Source: Poseidonia sp. (GTDB lineage Archaea; Thermoplasmatota; Poseidoniia; Poseidoniales; Poseidoniaceae). From it: DNA of 64,000 nucleotides. The DNA is taken from positions 41,480-105,479 of the forward strand of contig CBFIDD010000005.1 in NCBI GenBank assembly GCA_965661285.1. Reading direction: 5' to 3'. Below the pieces are notes generated by a model. That model did not search any database, was not told the DNA's origin, and worked only from the letters and a program-made list of their open reading frames with translations. Shown piece by piece: positions 46,364-56,668 of the stretch (the first letter of the stretch is position 1; each line of letters begins with the position of its first letter). A program made the translations under genes and the position numbers.

Positions 46364-47059
46364 ATGGTCAAGATCAATCGCGTGTATACCGGTGGAGGCG
46401 ACGAGGGCGAGTCTTCGCTCGTGGACGGGTCTCGACGTAAGAAATCGGACCCGAGGTTCCATGTGGTTGGCACGTGTGATGAAGCCAACAGTTGGCTTGG
46501 TTTGGTGTTGGCCGAAATCAATCGACTTCCGAACCACGATGACGGTGGCGAGAGGACCAGCGTTCATCGGGTACAAACGGTGCTTAACGAGGCCATCGCC
46601 CGCGTGCAGAACGAACTGTTTGACCTCGGCGCAGAGCTGGCTTGTCCTCCCGAAACCCTGCCCGAGTACATGGTCCTCCTCTCGCAGGCTCAAACCGATG
46701 TGCTGATGGCAGAAATGGACGCATGGTTGGCGACCCTTCCCGAATTGACCAGTTTCATCCTTCCCGCAGGCTCACCGCCGGTGGCCTGTATGCAGGTCGC
46801 TCGCACCGTCGTAAGGCGGCTGGAACGCGACATCGTTCAACTGCAAGAACGTGAAGGCGAAGCTTCGGTTCGGCCGCTGGTGAAGGTGTACGTCAATCGC
46901 CTCTCGGACTGGTTGTTCGTTATGGGGCGATGGGTCAGCACAACCCTCAACGAAGAGGAAGCGCTCTGGGTTCCCTTGGGCAAACGACCGGCCGAACAGG
47001 GTGTCGCTCATCGCGTCGAGCAAATGCAAGCGAATGACGATGACTTTTCTGCGCTTTGA
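46364..47059 (+). CDS. pduO: ATP:cob(I)alamin adenosyltransferase, PduO/MMAB type
   Basis: 'VYTGGGDEGESSL', 'GTCDEANSWLG', 'QNELFDLGAELA', 'FILPAG', 'RTVVRRLER', 'NRLSDWLF'. Confidence 0.93.
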   Translation: MVKINRVYTGGGDEGESSLVDGSRRKKSDPRFHVVGTCDEANSWLGLVLAEINRLPNHDDGGERTSVHRVQTVLNEAIARVQNELFDLGAELACPPETLPEYMVLLSQAQTDVLMAEMDAWLATLPELTSFILPAGSPPVACMQVARTVVRRLERDIVQLQEREGEASVRPLVKVYVNRLSDWLFVMGRWVSTTLNEEEALWVPLGKRPAEQGVAHRVEQMQANDDDFSAL

Positions 47060-47061
47060 CG

Positions 47062-47472
47062 CTACTGCGACCCGTGAAGTTGAACGAATCGCCGGGCCAG
47101 TTGAACCACTCCTCTGGTCTCATCGTGGGTCAGGGTGTCCAACGCTTGGTCCCAGTCCAGCCAGAGATAACCTCGGTGCTCATGGGAGAGATGAATCTCC
47201 ATTTCGTCGGTTTCGGCAACATACCAGTACACCTGTTTTGATGTGCGTTTGCCCTTATGCCGGAAAGTGTACTCGGTGCGTTCTTCAAACCCCTCAAAAA
47301 TTCGAATGTCCTCAATGCCGGTTTCTTCTGCGAGTTCCCTTCGCATCGTCGCATGTCGGTCGTCGTCGTCTGCTTCGACGTGGCCTTTGGGAAGGTCCCA
47401 GTGGCCCTGCGGATACTGCAACAGCAGCACGGTTCCGTAATTGACCAGCACCACCCCGCATGAGGTCTCCAT
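47062..47472 (-). CDS. NUDIX hydrolase, Ap4A hydrolase (NUDT2)-like
   Basis: 'SCG', 'HWDLPKGHVE..RRELAEETGI', 'LSHEH'. Confidence 0.88.
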   Translation of the reverse strand: METSCGVVLVNYGTVLLLQYPQGHWDLPKGHVEADDDDRHATMRRELAEETGIEDIRIFEGFEERTEYTFRHKGKRTSKQVYWYVAETDEMEIHLSHEHRGYLWLDWDQALDTLTHDETRGVVQLARRFVQLHGSQ

Positions 47473-47557
47473 AGCCCCGGCTCGTCACTTCTCATTCATG
47501 GTCGTAACGGGTGGCCGCCACCCAACCTTGATGGACATGAAACCGAGGCACGGATGC

Positions 47558-48547
47558 ATGGGCATCCTTCCACTGCGCGTCGAAGAGGTGCCTGCCTACC
47601 GCCGCATCGTCGCCGACTCGGACATGGACGGGTTGTTTGGCGCCGCAGTCCTCAAGGCGTTCCGCCCAGATGCAGAGGTGGTCTTCTCGCATGCTGCGGC
47701 GTTGCGCGCAGGTCTGGTCGACGACGTTATTGGACGGGACACCGTGCTTGTTGACTTGCCTTTTCATCCCGCATGCGGTTGGTTTGTCGATCACCATTTG
47801 ACGAATCGCCCAAACGAGGCTGAGGCCTCGGCGTTTGCGTCGCAGGGCGGCACACAGCACTGGGAGGCGACGCCGTCGGCTGCCCGTCTTGCTTACGAAC
47901 TGCTGGCGGACATCACGGACATGGACCATCTCGCACCCATGATGCCGGTGGTTGACGCATTGGATTCCGGGGGCATCAGCAAGGAAGACTTCCTTGCCGA
48001 CGGTCCGCTCTTGCAACTGTCTCGGACGTGCACGTCTCGCGACCCCGAGTACATGATGCACCTCGTGAACCTTCTCGCCAACGGGGCCTCGTTTGAGGCC
48101 TTGCTCGCCGACCCCGTGGTGAATGCCAGATGCGAACAAGCGGCGAGCGAACGTGCCACGGCTCAACAGCATGTTGAGAAGAACACCACGATCCACGACC
48201 GTCTCGCTGTCTGTCGAATGGACGAAACATCGTTGCGAAGCAACGGGTATTTGGTCACCGCTTGGGTCGGTGACGCCGCCGATGCCTGCTGCATTGTCCA
48301 CGGCTACGCCGACGGGAGTTTGGAAACACCTGAACGCCCCCCCCTCGGCGCCAGTTTCTACGCCAACTCGTTCTTGCCCAACGGCCAAGGCCGCTACGAC
48401 CTTTCTCGGATGGCGACGTCGCTCGATCCCACCGGTGGTGGTCACGCCAATGCGTGCGGTTGTCGGATTCAGCCGCCCGGGCTGGAGGCCAACATGGAGC
48501 ATTGGTTGTCGATGTGGGCTCAGCGCGACGTCGTGCTGAAGCTCTAA
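47558..48547 (+). CDS. DHH-family phosphoesterase
   Basis: 'DSDMDG', 'VDL', 'VDHH', 'SAA', DHHA1 'GGGHANACG'. Confidence 0.85.
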   Translation: MGILPLRVEEVPAYRRIVADSDMDGLFGAAVLKAFRPDAEVVFSHAAALRAGLVDDVIGRDTVLVDLPFHPACGWFVDHHLTNRPNEAEASAFASQGGTQHWEATPSAARLAYELLADITDMDHLAPMMPVVDALDSGGISKEDFLADGPLLQLSRTCTSRDPEYMMHLVNLLANGASFEALLADPVVNARCEQAASERATAQQHVEKNTTIHDRLAVCRMDETSLRSNGYLVTAWVGDAADACCIVHGYADGSLETPERPPLGASFYANSFLPNGQGRYDLSRMATSLDPTGGGHANACGCRIQPPGLEANMEHWLSMWAQRDVVLKL

Positions 48548-48548
48548 A

Positions 48549-48785
48549 TCAGAACTTTCGTGTCATCGTGATGTTTGAGGAGTTCTCGATATCGATGTCC
48601 TCGTCAACGTCCTCAACCGGTGCTTCGGCTTGGACAGTCGCCTTCTTCAGGCGTTTGACGGTGGCTTTGAGGACTTCAAACTCGATTTCGAGGTCTTCAA
48701 GCGCATCTCGGGTTTGTTCGATGTGCTTCTCCACGCGGTTCAACACTTTGTTGACTTTCTTGAGGGTGCGTGCCTCTCGGGCCAT
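48549..48785 (-). CDS. Small coiled-coil protein with acidic tail
   Basis: 78 aa with a heptad pattern. A TTCAAATC box lies 29 nt upstream. Confidence 0.72.
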   Translation of the reverse strand: MAREARTLKKVNKVLNRVEKHIEQTRDALEDLEIEFEVLKATVKRLKKATVQAEAPVEDVDEDIDIENSSNITMTRKF

Positions 48786-48836
48786 GGTGGAGGGTCAGTC
48801 CACCTTGATTTGAAGGTTCTCCACAGGAAAAGGGGG

Positions 48837-51197
48837 TCACTCTTGCTCGGTTTTTGCTGTTCCTTCCGGGGGTGAGATGCCCGAAGCAGCGGCATGGGCC
48901 GTTGGTTTGGGGCCGCGTAGGAAGGCCGGCGCCCACCAGTTCCACTTCCCCATCAGGCGCATCGTCGACGGCACCACCAGTGCTCTGACCAAGGTGGCGT
49001 CGATGAGGATGGCCAGCGCAAGACCGAGACCGATTTGCTTGAGAATGATGACCGAGGACAGGCCAAAGGCACTGAACACGACCACCATGATGGCCGCTGC
49101 ACCCGTGATGAGTCCACCGGTTTTCTGCAGACCGTTGGCCACAGCCAGCGTGTTGTCACCGGTCCGTTCCCATTCTTCGTGAATCCTCGAAAGCATCAGT
49201 ACCTCATAGTCCATCGATAGCCCGAACACGATGCAGAACATGATGACGGGGTTGCCTGAATCAATGGGTTGGGGCGTGAAGTTGAGCAGTTCAGATCCAT
49301 ACCCCCACTGGAACACCCAGACAAGCATACCAAAGGAAGCCGAAATCGAGAGGATGTTCATGGCGATGGCTTTCAGCGGAATGACCACGGAACGGACCTG
49401 CATGAAGATGAGGAAGGTGGTGGCGATGAGAATGAACGCCAAGGCTCGAGGCAGGTTGTCGGAGATGGCCTCCAGATTGTCGGCGTTGTACGCGGCAAAG
49501 CCCGCAACCAACAGGCGGTCGTTCTCGCCGGTCAGCTCGTCCAAGAAACCGCCACGTTCGTTGCGAATGTCTTCAACCACTTCGCGAGAGTCGACGTTGG
49601 TTTGCGCCCCCTTGAGTTGCACCGACATCATCGTGGCATCGTCGCCAACAAAGGCACTCCGCAGGCTTTCACGCATGGCGATTTGCTCGGCCGTGAGAAA
49701 CGCATCGGGTGCGCTCCAGTACTGCACGACATCGTCAGCACTCATATCCGGTGCTGGCAGACCAACACCAATGCCGCCGGCCACCCTTGAATCGTTGAGC
49801 AGTTCCGTGAGGTAGGCGTGCTGGGCGCGGAGGTTGACCTCGCTGAGCGGGTCAGCACCGTCGGTGTCGATCACGAGGAAAATTGAGTTCGCTGCCTGGT
49901 CTGGCCACTGCTCGTCGATGAGTTCCATGCCCAGCCGCGACTCGTCATCGGGCGGAAGCGCCTTCCACGAGGAGAGCGAGAATTCAGCGTAGGCAAAGGG
50001 CAACCCTGCACCGATGAGCAGCACCAAGGTTGGAATCAGCACCGCCCAAGGACGGTCCATGACGCGCTTAGCGATGCGTGCCCACATACCGTCGTCCTTT
50101 GCGGACATGTCTAGCGCGTACGGGATTTTCAGGCTGTTCACGCGGTGCCCGAGCCACGCCATGACGGCGGGCAACACGATGGTTGAGTACACCATGGCGA
50201 TGGTCACGGAAATGGTGCCGCCGATGCCCAAGGAAGGGAGCGAGGTGTTGGTGAAAAACAGCATACCCATCAAGCCGATGGCCACGGTGATACCGGAGTA
50301 AAAGACCGCTTTTCCGGCGGTGGCACAACTCATGGCCGTAGCGGTTCGAACATCGTGTCCTCGGCCCAACTCCTCGCGGAACCGATTGACCAGGAACAGG
50401 GAATAGTCAATGGAAACACCGATGCCGATCAACGATATGATGTTGGTCGCATAGACCGTCACGTCGGTTACATTGGATAACCAAATGGTCATCCCGATGG
50501 CGGCCAGGACGGTTCCAATGCCCACGCCGACGGGCAACAACGCAGCGATGAGGGAACCGAAGACGAGCCCCAGAATCATCAAGGACAGCGGTCCTGAAAC
50601 CAATTCGGCTTTGATGAGGTCGTTTTTGATGCGGTCGTCAAAGGTCCAATCAACGGCGATGCCGTCGGTCATCCAACCCTCAAAATCATCATCGATATCG
50701 ACGCTCTCGTGGAGGTCGTCCATGATGGATTTTGCCTCTTTTCGGTTGGTGTTGAACACCACTTTGTTGATGGCGTACTGGCCGTCGGGATCGCTGGCCA
50801 CCACGTCTTCTCGGTCGACTTCGTCAATGTCCCAGGAGAACTCGATGACGACATCGGGATGGTCGCTGAAATCAGCCAGCGCTGCTCGCACGGCGTTTTG
50901 CCATACCTCGCTGCTGTCGTTCAGTTCAGGATGGAAGACGAGGTAGCGAAACGAAGGGCCACTGTTGTCGTCGTCGGTGGAAAACCGTTCGGAAATCAAC
51001 CGACCAGCGTTCACCGATTCAACGTCGTCCTCACCAAAGCCTTCCGCCCAATCGGCCCCCATGGACATGAGCCCCGTCATCAGAATACAGGAGACCAAAC
51101 CGAACGCCATCATGGCCTTTTTTCGGTCGTGTATGAACAAACCGAGTTTGTAGAACGCCCTGTCTTTGAGCATCTCCGGGTCGGTGGCACCTTCCAT
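48837..51197 (-). CDS. MMPL/RND-family transporter
   Basis: Two MMPL halves, 'IGIGVSIDYSLFLVNRFREE', 'FGLSMDYEVLMLSRIHEE', 'DATLVRALVVPS', 'NWWAP'. Confidence 0.93.
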   Translation of the reverse strand: MEGATDPEMLKDRAFYKLGLFIHDRKKAMMAFGLVSCILMTGLMSMGADWAEGFGEDDVESVNAGRLISERFSTDDDNSGPSFRYLVFHPELNDSSEVWQNAVRAALADFSDHPDVVIEFSWDIDEVDREDVVASDPDGQYAINKVVFNTNRKEAKSIMDDLHESVDIDDDFEGWMTDGIAVDWTFDDRIKNDLIKAELVSGPLSLMILGLVFGSLIAALLPVGVGIGTVLAAIGMTIWLSNVTDVTVYATNIISLIGIGVSIDYSLFLVNRFREELGRGHDVRTATAMSCATAGKAVFYSGITVAIGLMGMLFFTNTSLPSLGIGGTISVTIAMVYSTIVLPAVMAWLGHRVNSLKIPYALDMSAKDDGMWARIAKRVMDRPWAVLIPTLVLLIGAGLPFAYAEFSLSSWKALPPDDESRLGMELIDEQWPDQAANSIFLVIDTDGADPLSEVNLRAQHAYLTELLNDSRVAGGIGVGLPAPDMSADDVVQYWSAPDAFLTAEQIAMRESLRSAFVGDDATMMSVQLKGAQTNVDSREVVEDIRNERGGFLDELTGENDRLLVAGFAAYNADNLEAISDNLPRALAFILIATTFLIFMQVRSVVIPLKAIAMNILSISASFGMLVWVFQWGYGSELLNFTPQPIDSGNPVIMFCIVFGLSMDYEVLMLSRIHEEWERTGDNTLAVANGLQKTGGLITGAAAIMVVVFSAFGLSSVIILKQIGLGLALAILIDATLVRALVVPSTMRLMGKWNWWAPAFLRGPKPTAHAAASGISPPEGTAKTEQE

Positions 51198-51302
51198 GAT
51201 TCCTATCCACAAAAAAGGTGTATTTGAATCGGCGTCTTGTTACCCAACACTGGACGGTGAAGAAATCAGGTGGTGCATCGCGAGGCGAGCACGGCCGGTG
51301 CA

Positions 51303-51773
51303 TCACGTCAGCACGTCAAACGTGTAAATGAAACCGAGGAAGGCGTGGATGAAGACGAGGTAGATGATGAGGTCCGCTGCACGTCCGTGCTTGAGTTTGG
51401 CCGCAGCGAACGATTCCCCTGCTTTGCGTTGGGTTCGGGCCTGCTTGCCCAGGCGCGTCATGAACACCATCAAGCCGAAGCCGACGGGGCCCATGAAGCC
51501 GTGAAGGGATTGAGGTATCAGTGATACGGCGATGGCCTCGCCGGCGTACCAACCTTCAACACCTCGGGCAAGGAAGGCGACGAGAATGACGATTCCGGTG
51601 GCCCATAGCAGGCGCTCCCCGTTCGTTTCATGACGAGCGAGGTGAAGGGCTCGCTCTTCACCTTTGAGTTCGTAGGATTTCTTCCGCCAGGCGTACTGCC
51701 ACCACATCCAGCCCACCAAGGCACTCGCGAGCAACGGGTGCAGGAGCAAGACAACGGTGGGCACAAGTTCCAT
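51303..51773 (-). CDS. DUF4079-like four-TM protein (cytochrome b561-like His pattern)
   Basis: Four TMs, each with a His (HP, RHE, HG, KHG..H). Confidence 0.6.
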   Translation of the reverse strand: MELVPTVVLLLHPLLASALVGWMWWQYAWRKKSYELKGEERALHLARHETNGERLLWATGIVILVAFLARGVEGWYAGEAIAVSLIPQSLHGFMGPVGFGLMVFMTRLGKQARTQRKAGESFAAAKLKHGRAADLIIYLVFIHAFLGFIYTFDVLT

Positions 51774-51899
51774 ACAGACTCATCATCCGGAGGCGTCTTG
51801 GGTTCAAGGAGGTATGCCTCGAGGCCTTGAATTGAGCAAACCAGCCCATCGGTGGATTGAAAGGGCTCCCGTCGTGGGGAAAAACGAGGGGATGAAGGG

Positions 51900-54800
51900 T
51901 TGGACGAGCAGTACATGGAGACCTGCCTCAAGGCAGCGTTTTCAAAACCCAAGTCGGGGGCTGCTCGCGTTTCCATCATGAACCGCGAATCAGCGTGGAA
52001 AATGCTGGACAAACCGCTCCGCGCTCATCTCGTCATCGCCGCTCACGAGCAAGAGCCGCCCGCATCCGACGATGACGATGATGCAACGCCTCGTCGGCCG
52101 GCGATGAACCGCCCACGTGGCCGGATGCGTCGGTCTGGACGCCAAACGGGCCCTTCGCACATGGGCTGGCTTCACAAACCGCAGGAGGTCATCGACGAGT
52201 CGCCCTACACGACTGCGTACCAACTCGCTACCCTGCTGGTTCACAAGCAACTCGATGAAGACGGTTGGGATGAAGCCTGGAACGCCCATGAAAACCTGCT
52301 TCGCGAGACCTGCATGGTCGAGGGCGTTCACCCCGTCTGGCACACCATCGGTGAAAAGACGCCACTTCTCGGTCAATTTCTTGCTTTCCCCAAGGCCAAG
52401 GCGGTCAAGGCGAAGGCGACCACGACGATGGGGACGGATTTCTTTTGGATTGACCCGCGGGACAAGGACGCCGTGGTCACGGTGTTGAAATTGGCCGGTG
52501 CGGGCGTCAACGATCCGGACATCAAAGTGGCGTTGCAAAAGGCAACCAACCAAATCTCGGGTGGCCGATCGTTGACGTTGGAGCACCCCTTGGACGCTCT
52601 GGACGGTTCCATGTCGTTCATCACCGTGCTTCTGGCGCTCCATGCGAGTCAAGAGGTTCCTGCATCTGCACGAAAGTCCTGTAAAAAAGCAGATGGCGAC
52701 CTTGCTGAAGCGCTCGAGGAGTTCGAACACCTCCTGAACGGAACGGTGAACGATTGGCCGGGGCTCCTGTCGCTCAACCGAGACGATACGCTTTCGGTTG
52801 CCCGTCGAACCCTTGGATGGCAACATGCACCCTCTGAGGCCGAAGCCTGCACCTCAACCGAACTTGAAACAGGCTTGGATTTGCTTGAACAGGCCGGCAT
52901 TCATGAAGGGCGCGACCGACTGACATGGTGGCGCTTGAAGGCGCTGTTGCGAGAGGGCAAACAGGAAGAAGCGGTCGATGTGCTTGAACAACGCCGGCTC
53001 GATGCTTCTTCGGCCGTTGAGGAATTGATACCGCTCGTCGCCTCACTCGCCAGCGAGCGTGCCGATGCTTGGCTCATGCGCTTCATGGACGACGTTGACG
53101 AGCACGCTCTGTTCCACATCGCTCAAGATACGGCTCTCAACCCGCTCCTGCGTCGTAAGGCTGCCCAGCGTCTGTGCGACGAGCAAGGAGCGATGTGGGA
53201 CGAATGCCGTCCTGTAGCCTTGACCTTGCTGCTGGAAGACCTCGACGTGAACCGTTTGGCACGCGTCTTTGCCAGCGACGCCATGCTCTCGCTCTCCTAT
53301 CCTTACATGTCGTTGCTCGTCAGCCACCTTGCTCCGGCCAACATCGACGCTGAGCTCCGACCGCACATTCATGCCTGCCGAAGCCAAGCCCTGCAGGCCA
53401 TTCACGGGGCCGATGTCCCCGATGTGTTGAGTCCGCTGGCCGAGCATCTTCTTTTCTTGATGGAAGGCATCTACAAGGAAACACCCGAAGTGGTTGATGT
53501 TCTCAACGCGAAAGCCATCAAAGCCTTCTCACCGATCAGCAGGGCGCTGGCCGACAACGGCGTGGTCAACGCCACACAAATTCGCAACATGGAGGCCAGT
53601 TTGGACGAGTTGGACCTCTCCGCCATCGAACGTCGTTTGTTTGATGTTATGTTGGTCACGCTGACAATGAACCGCCATTTGCAGGCCTACAACATCGGCA
53701 TGGCGAAGACAGAGGATGCCAAGGAATTGAACGACCTCTTGGAGAATGAAACCCTTCCACTCCGTTTGATTCAATCCTTTTCGGTGTTGATGGTGGAACA
53801 TGATTTGGGGCTTGAAAACTTGGTCGTTTGGTATCAAAAGAACGACCCGTTGTCTCCCTGGGCTCCCCTCGCCCGAGCGGCTCATTTTGCCGCACTGGGA
53901 GACGAGTTGAACTCTGCTCGCGAGTATTCACGAGCGGCCGAACTTTTCACGAAGGAGCGAAAAAGCGGCGGCACATCGACGCAATGGGCATCGGAAAGCG
54001 AGGACGACGATTTCGTTCTCTCGTTGCCGCTGATGCTGTATCGTAAATCGCTCATCCACTACGCGCACGCCACCTCGTGGGCGGAGGCCATCGATTTGCT
54101 CGAACGCGTGCCATCGCTGAAAACAGCCATTACGGAACGTTTCAAGCTCTATCTGCGCGTGTGTTTCACGGCCAAAACCGATACCAACGCAGCCGCTCGG
54201 CTGATCCGAAACCACGTTCAGCAACGGAAGACCGTGCTTGAGGAAGACGTTGAAGGCAACATGGTGGAAAAAACAAGGACGTCCTACAACGAGGAAGAAC
54301 TTGACCTGCTTCGAAACTATCCCTTTGAACAAGCCCACCTCCTCCCTCCTGAGCCTTTCCTCGGGCGGGTGACGGCCGCTTCGACCCACATCAGTCGCGA
54401 CCTTCGCCGTTCACGAACACAGTTCGAGCACCTCTTCCGACAGGCCATGCAGAGCCCTTCGCCTTCGATGGAGGAGGTCTATGAGATCGCCAAGAACGCC
54501 GCTGAGGAAGGGGCGTTTGAGGGCTTGATGTACCTCGAGCGGGCACAAAATTCCAGTAAATTTTCCATTACCGCCCGCAATCGGCTGGCCGGTGTTGAGC
54601 AGTCGCTGTTTTCCCAATACAAAGACGACATACCAACATCCAAGCGTCGTTTCTTACACAACCTGTCGTTGTCACCGCTGGTGATTGTTGACACCAACGT
54701 CCTGGTTGATGCCCTCGTGGAGCGGATGTATCAGCGCATGGATTTGGTTCTTGATACCAACGTGAACATCATCGCGTCGAATCAATTCCATCGCATCTTG

Positions 54801-55358
54801 CTTCATCACGCTAAGTCGAAGCGCTTGGAGCTGATGATTCCCGAAGATGTTCGTGGTGAACTCAAGCAGTTTGCGAAAGACCAGCGTCTCGTCTCTCGAT
54901 TCAAGGGTGCCATGGTCGACACATCCACGCTTGAAGCGACACTCAACGAGGAGGTCATGATGAAACTCGTTGAAGAGGTGCTTTCGGAATACAACACGTG
55001 GCGACCCACCGCCGATATGCTCGCCGACGTTCCCGAGGCTTCAGACGACCTCAATGCATTCTTGATTCGCCACAGCGATGTGTTTGAGGAACTCTCCGAA
55101 CTCAAGGGTTACCGGGGCATCACCTACCGAACCGAACTTGAGGGAAGAGCGATTTATCCGGAATCTACTGACCTTGATGTCTACCGTTTGGCCACCCATC
55201 TTGCGTCTTTGCCGCTGCCCAACATTGGGGCGGTTTTGGTCGCCACCATGGACGGTGATTTCACCTTGGTTGACCGAGCCATCGAAGAGCGATTTGGGTT
55301 CAGTGTTGCCAAAAATAACCGCTCGCTCAAGCCGTGGTTGAAGCGTCAGACAGCCTGA
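51900..55358 (+). CDS. Large alpha-helical protein with C-terminal PIN domain
   Basis: 'LVIVDTNVLVD', 'VRGEL', 'TDLD', 'VATMDGDF', after a long TPR/solenoid-like N-terminal part. Confidence 0.78.
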   Translation: MDEQYMETCLKAAFSKPKSGAARVSIMNRESAWKMLDKPLRAHLVIAAHEQEPPASDDDDDATPRRPAMNRPRGRMRRSGRQTGPSHMGWLHKPQEVIDESPYTTAYQLATLLVHKQLDEDGWDEAWNAHENLLRETCMVEGVHPVWHTIGEKTPLLGQFLAFPKAKAVKAKATTTMGTDFFWIDPRDKDAVVTVLKLAGAGVNDPDIKVALQKATNQISGGRSLTLEHPLDALDGSMSFITVLLALHASQEVPASARKSCKKADGDLAEALEEFEHLLNGTVNDWPGLLSLNRDDTLSVARRTLGWQHAPSEAEACTSTELETGLDLLEQAGIHEGRDRLTWWRLKALLREGKQEEAVDVLEQRRLDASSAVEELIPLVASLASERADAWLMRFMDDVDEHALFHIAQDTALNPLLRRKAAQRLCDEQGAMWDECRPVALTLLLEDLDVNRLARVFASDAMLSLSYPYMSLLVSHLAPANIDAELRPHIHACRSQALQAIHGADVPDVLSPLAEHLLFLMEGIYKETPEVVDVLNAKAIKAFSPISRALADNGVVNATQIRNMEASLDELDLSAIERRLFDVMLVTLTMNRHLQAYNIGMAKTEDAKELNDLLENETLPLRLIQSFSVLMVEHDLGLENLVVWYQKNDPLSPWAPLARAAHFAALGDELNSAREYSRAAELFTKERKSGGTSTQWASESEDDDFVLSLPLMLYRKSLIHYAHATSWAEAIDLLERVPSLKTAITERFKLYLRVCFTAKTDTNAAARLIRNHVQQRKTVLEEDVEGNMVEKTRTSYNEEELDLLRNYPFEQAHLLPPEPFLGRVTAASTHISRDLRRSRTQFEHLFRQAMQSPSPSMEEVYEIAKNAAEEGAFEGLMYLERAQNSSKFSITARNRLAGVEQSLFSQYKDDIPTSKRRFLHNLSLSPLVIVDTNVLVDALVERMYQRMDLVLDTNVNIIASNQFHRILLHHAKSKRLELMIPEDVRGELKQFAKDQRLVSRFKGAMVDTSTLEATLNEEVMMKLVEEVLSEYNTWRPTADMLADVPEASDDLNAFLIRHSDVFEELSELKGYRGITYRTELEGRAIYPESTDLDVYRLATHLASLPLPNIGAVLVATMDGDFTLVDRAIEERFGFSVAKNNRSLKPWLKRQTA

Positions 55359-55383
55359 GCCTCTTCGTTGAGTGTCAACCGAC

Positions 55384-56610
55384 TCACATGTGTTGGATCA
55401 TGGCCTCGCCGAAAGCACTGCAGGAAAGCAGCGTGGCATCGTCCATCAACCGCTCAAAGTCATAGGTCACCGTCTTGTTCGAGATGGCGCCTTCCATGCC
55501 TTTGACGATGAGGTCGGCGGCGTCCTTCCAGCCCATATGGCGGAGCATCATCTCAGCGGAGAGAATGAGCGACCCGGGATTGACCTTGTCCTGGCCGGCG
55601 TATTTGGGTGCGGTGCCGTGGGTGGCTTCGAAGATGGAGATGCCGGTGTCGTAGTTGATGTTGGCGCCAGGTGCGATGCCGATACCACCGACCTGCGCTG
55701 CAAGAGCGTCAGAGATGTAGTCGCCGTTGAGGTTCATGGTGGTCAGCACGCTGTATTCAGCAGGTCGGGTGATGATCTGCTGGAGCATGGCGTCAGCAAT
55801 GACATCCTTGATGACGATCTCGTTTCCGGTGTTCGGGTTGGTGAGCGTGCACCAGGGGCCGCCGTCAAGTTCCTTCGCACCGAATTCTTCCTGAGCGAGG
55901 GTGTAGCCCCAGTCTCGGAATCCGCCTTCGGTGAATTTCATGATGTTCCCTTTGTGGACCAGCGTGACGCTTGGTTGGTCGTTGTCGATGGCGTATTGGA
56001 TGGCCGCACGGACGATACGGGCCGTGCCTTCCTTGGAGACCGGCTTGATACCGATACCGGAGGTGTTGGGGAATCGGATTTTGTCGACGCCCATCACGTT
56101 TTGAAGGAAATCGATGACCTGTTTGGCGCCGTCGCTTTCAGCTTCCCACTCAATGCCAGCGTAGACGTCTTCGCTGTTTTCTCGAAAGATGACCATGTCC
56201 ACATCTTGGGGTGCTCGGACCGGGGAAGGTGTGCCGTCGTACCAGCGGACCGGTCGGACGCACGCATAGAGGTCGAGTTTCTGTCGAAGCGCGACGTTGA
56301 GGGAGCGGATGCCGCCACCGACGGGCGTGGTGAGGGGGCCTTTGATGGAGACCAAACCGGTCTTCATCGCATCAAGTGTGGCTTGAGGCAGCCATTCTCC
56401 GGTGGCGTTGAAGGCCTTCTCGCCGGCGAGCACTTCTGACCAAACGATGGTTTTCTCGCCGCCGTAGGCTTTCTCCACGGCTGCGTCGACCACACGAATC
56501 ATCACCGGGGTGATGTCGACGCCGATACCGTCGCCCTCGATGTAGTGAATCACAGGGTCGTTGGGGACCTTGAGTTGGCCGTTGTCCATGGTTACCGGTG
56601 TACCTGTCAT
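55384..56610 (-). CDS. icd: NADP-dependent isocitrate dehydrogenase
   Basis: '[10 protein letters not shown]', '[21 protein letters not shown]', '[12 protein letters not shown]', '[12 protein letters not shown]', '[12 protein letters not shown]'. Confidence 0.97.
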   Translation of the reverse strand: MTGTPVTMDNGQLKVPNDPVIHYIEGDGIGVDITPVMIRVVDAAVEKAYGGEKTIVWSEVLAGEKAFNATGEWLPQATLDAMKTGLVSIKGPLTTPVGGGIRSLNVALRQKLDLYACVRPVRWYDGTPSPVRAPQDVDMVIFRENSEDVYAGIEWEAESDGAKQVIDFLQNVMGVDKIRFPNTSGIGIKPVSKEGTARIVRAAIQYAIDNDQPSVTLVHKGNIMKFTEGGFRDWGYTLAQEEFGAKELDGGPWCTLTNPNTGNEIVIKDVIADAMLQQIITRPAEYSVLTTMNLNGDYISDALAAQVGGIGIAPGANINYDTGISIFEATHGTAPKYAGQDKVNPGSLILSAEMMLRHMGWKDAADLIVKGMEGAISNKTVTYDFERLMDDATLLSCSAFGEAMIQHM

Positions 56611-56668
56611 GTCTCTCAGCATCGCCCACATACCTCTCCTTCAAGAATGAACCGCCCCTGCCATGTGC

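Noticed and set aside
55372-56439. 355-aa ORF antisense to icd (similar shadows at 8325-9407, 41118-42107 and 47492-48502)
   Set aside because: Typical antisense open frames of conserved GC-rich genes.
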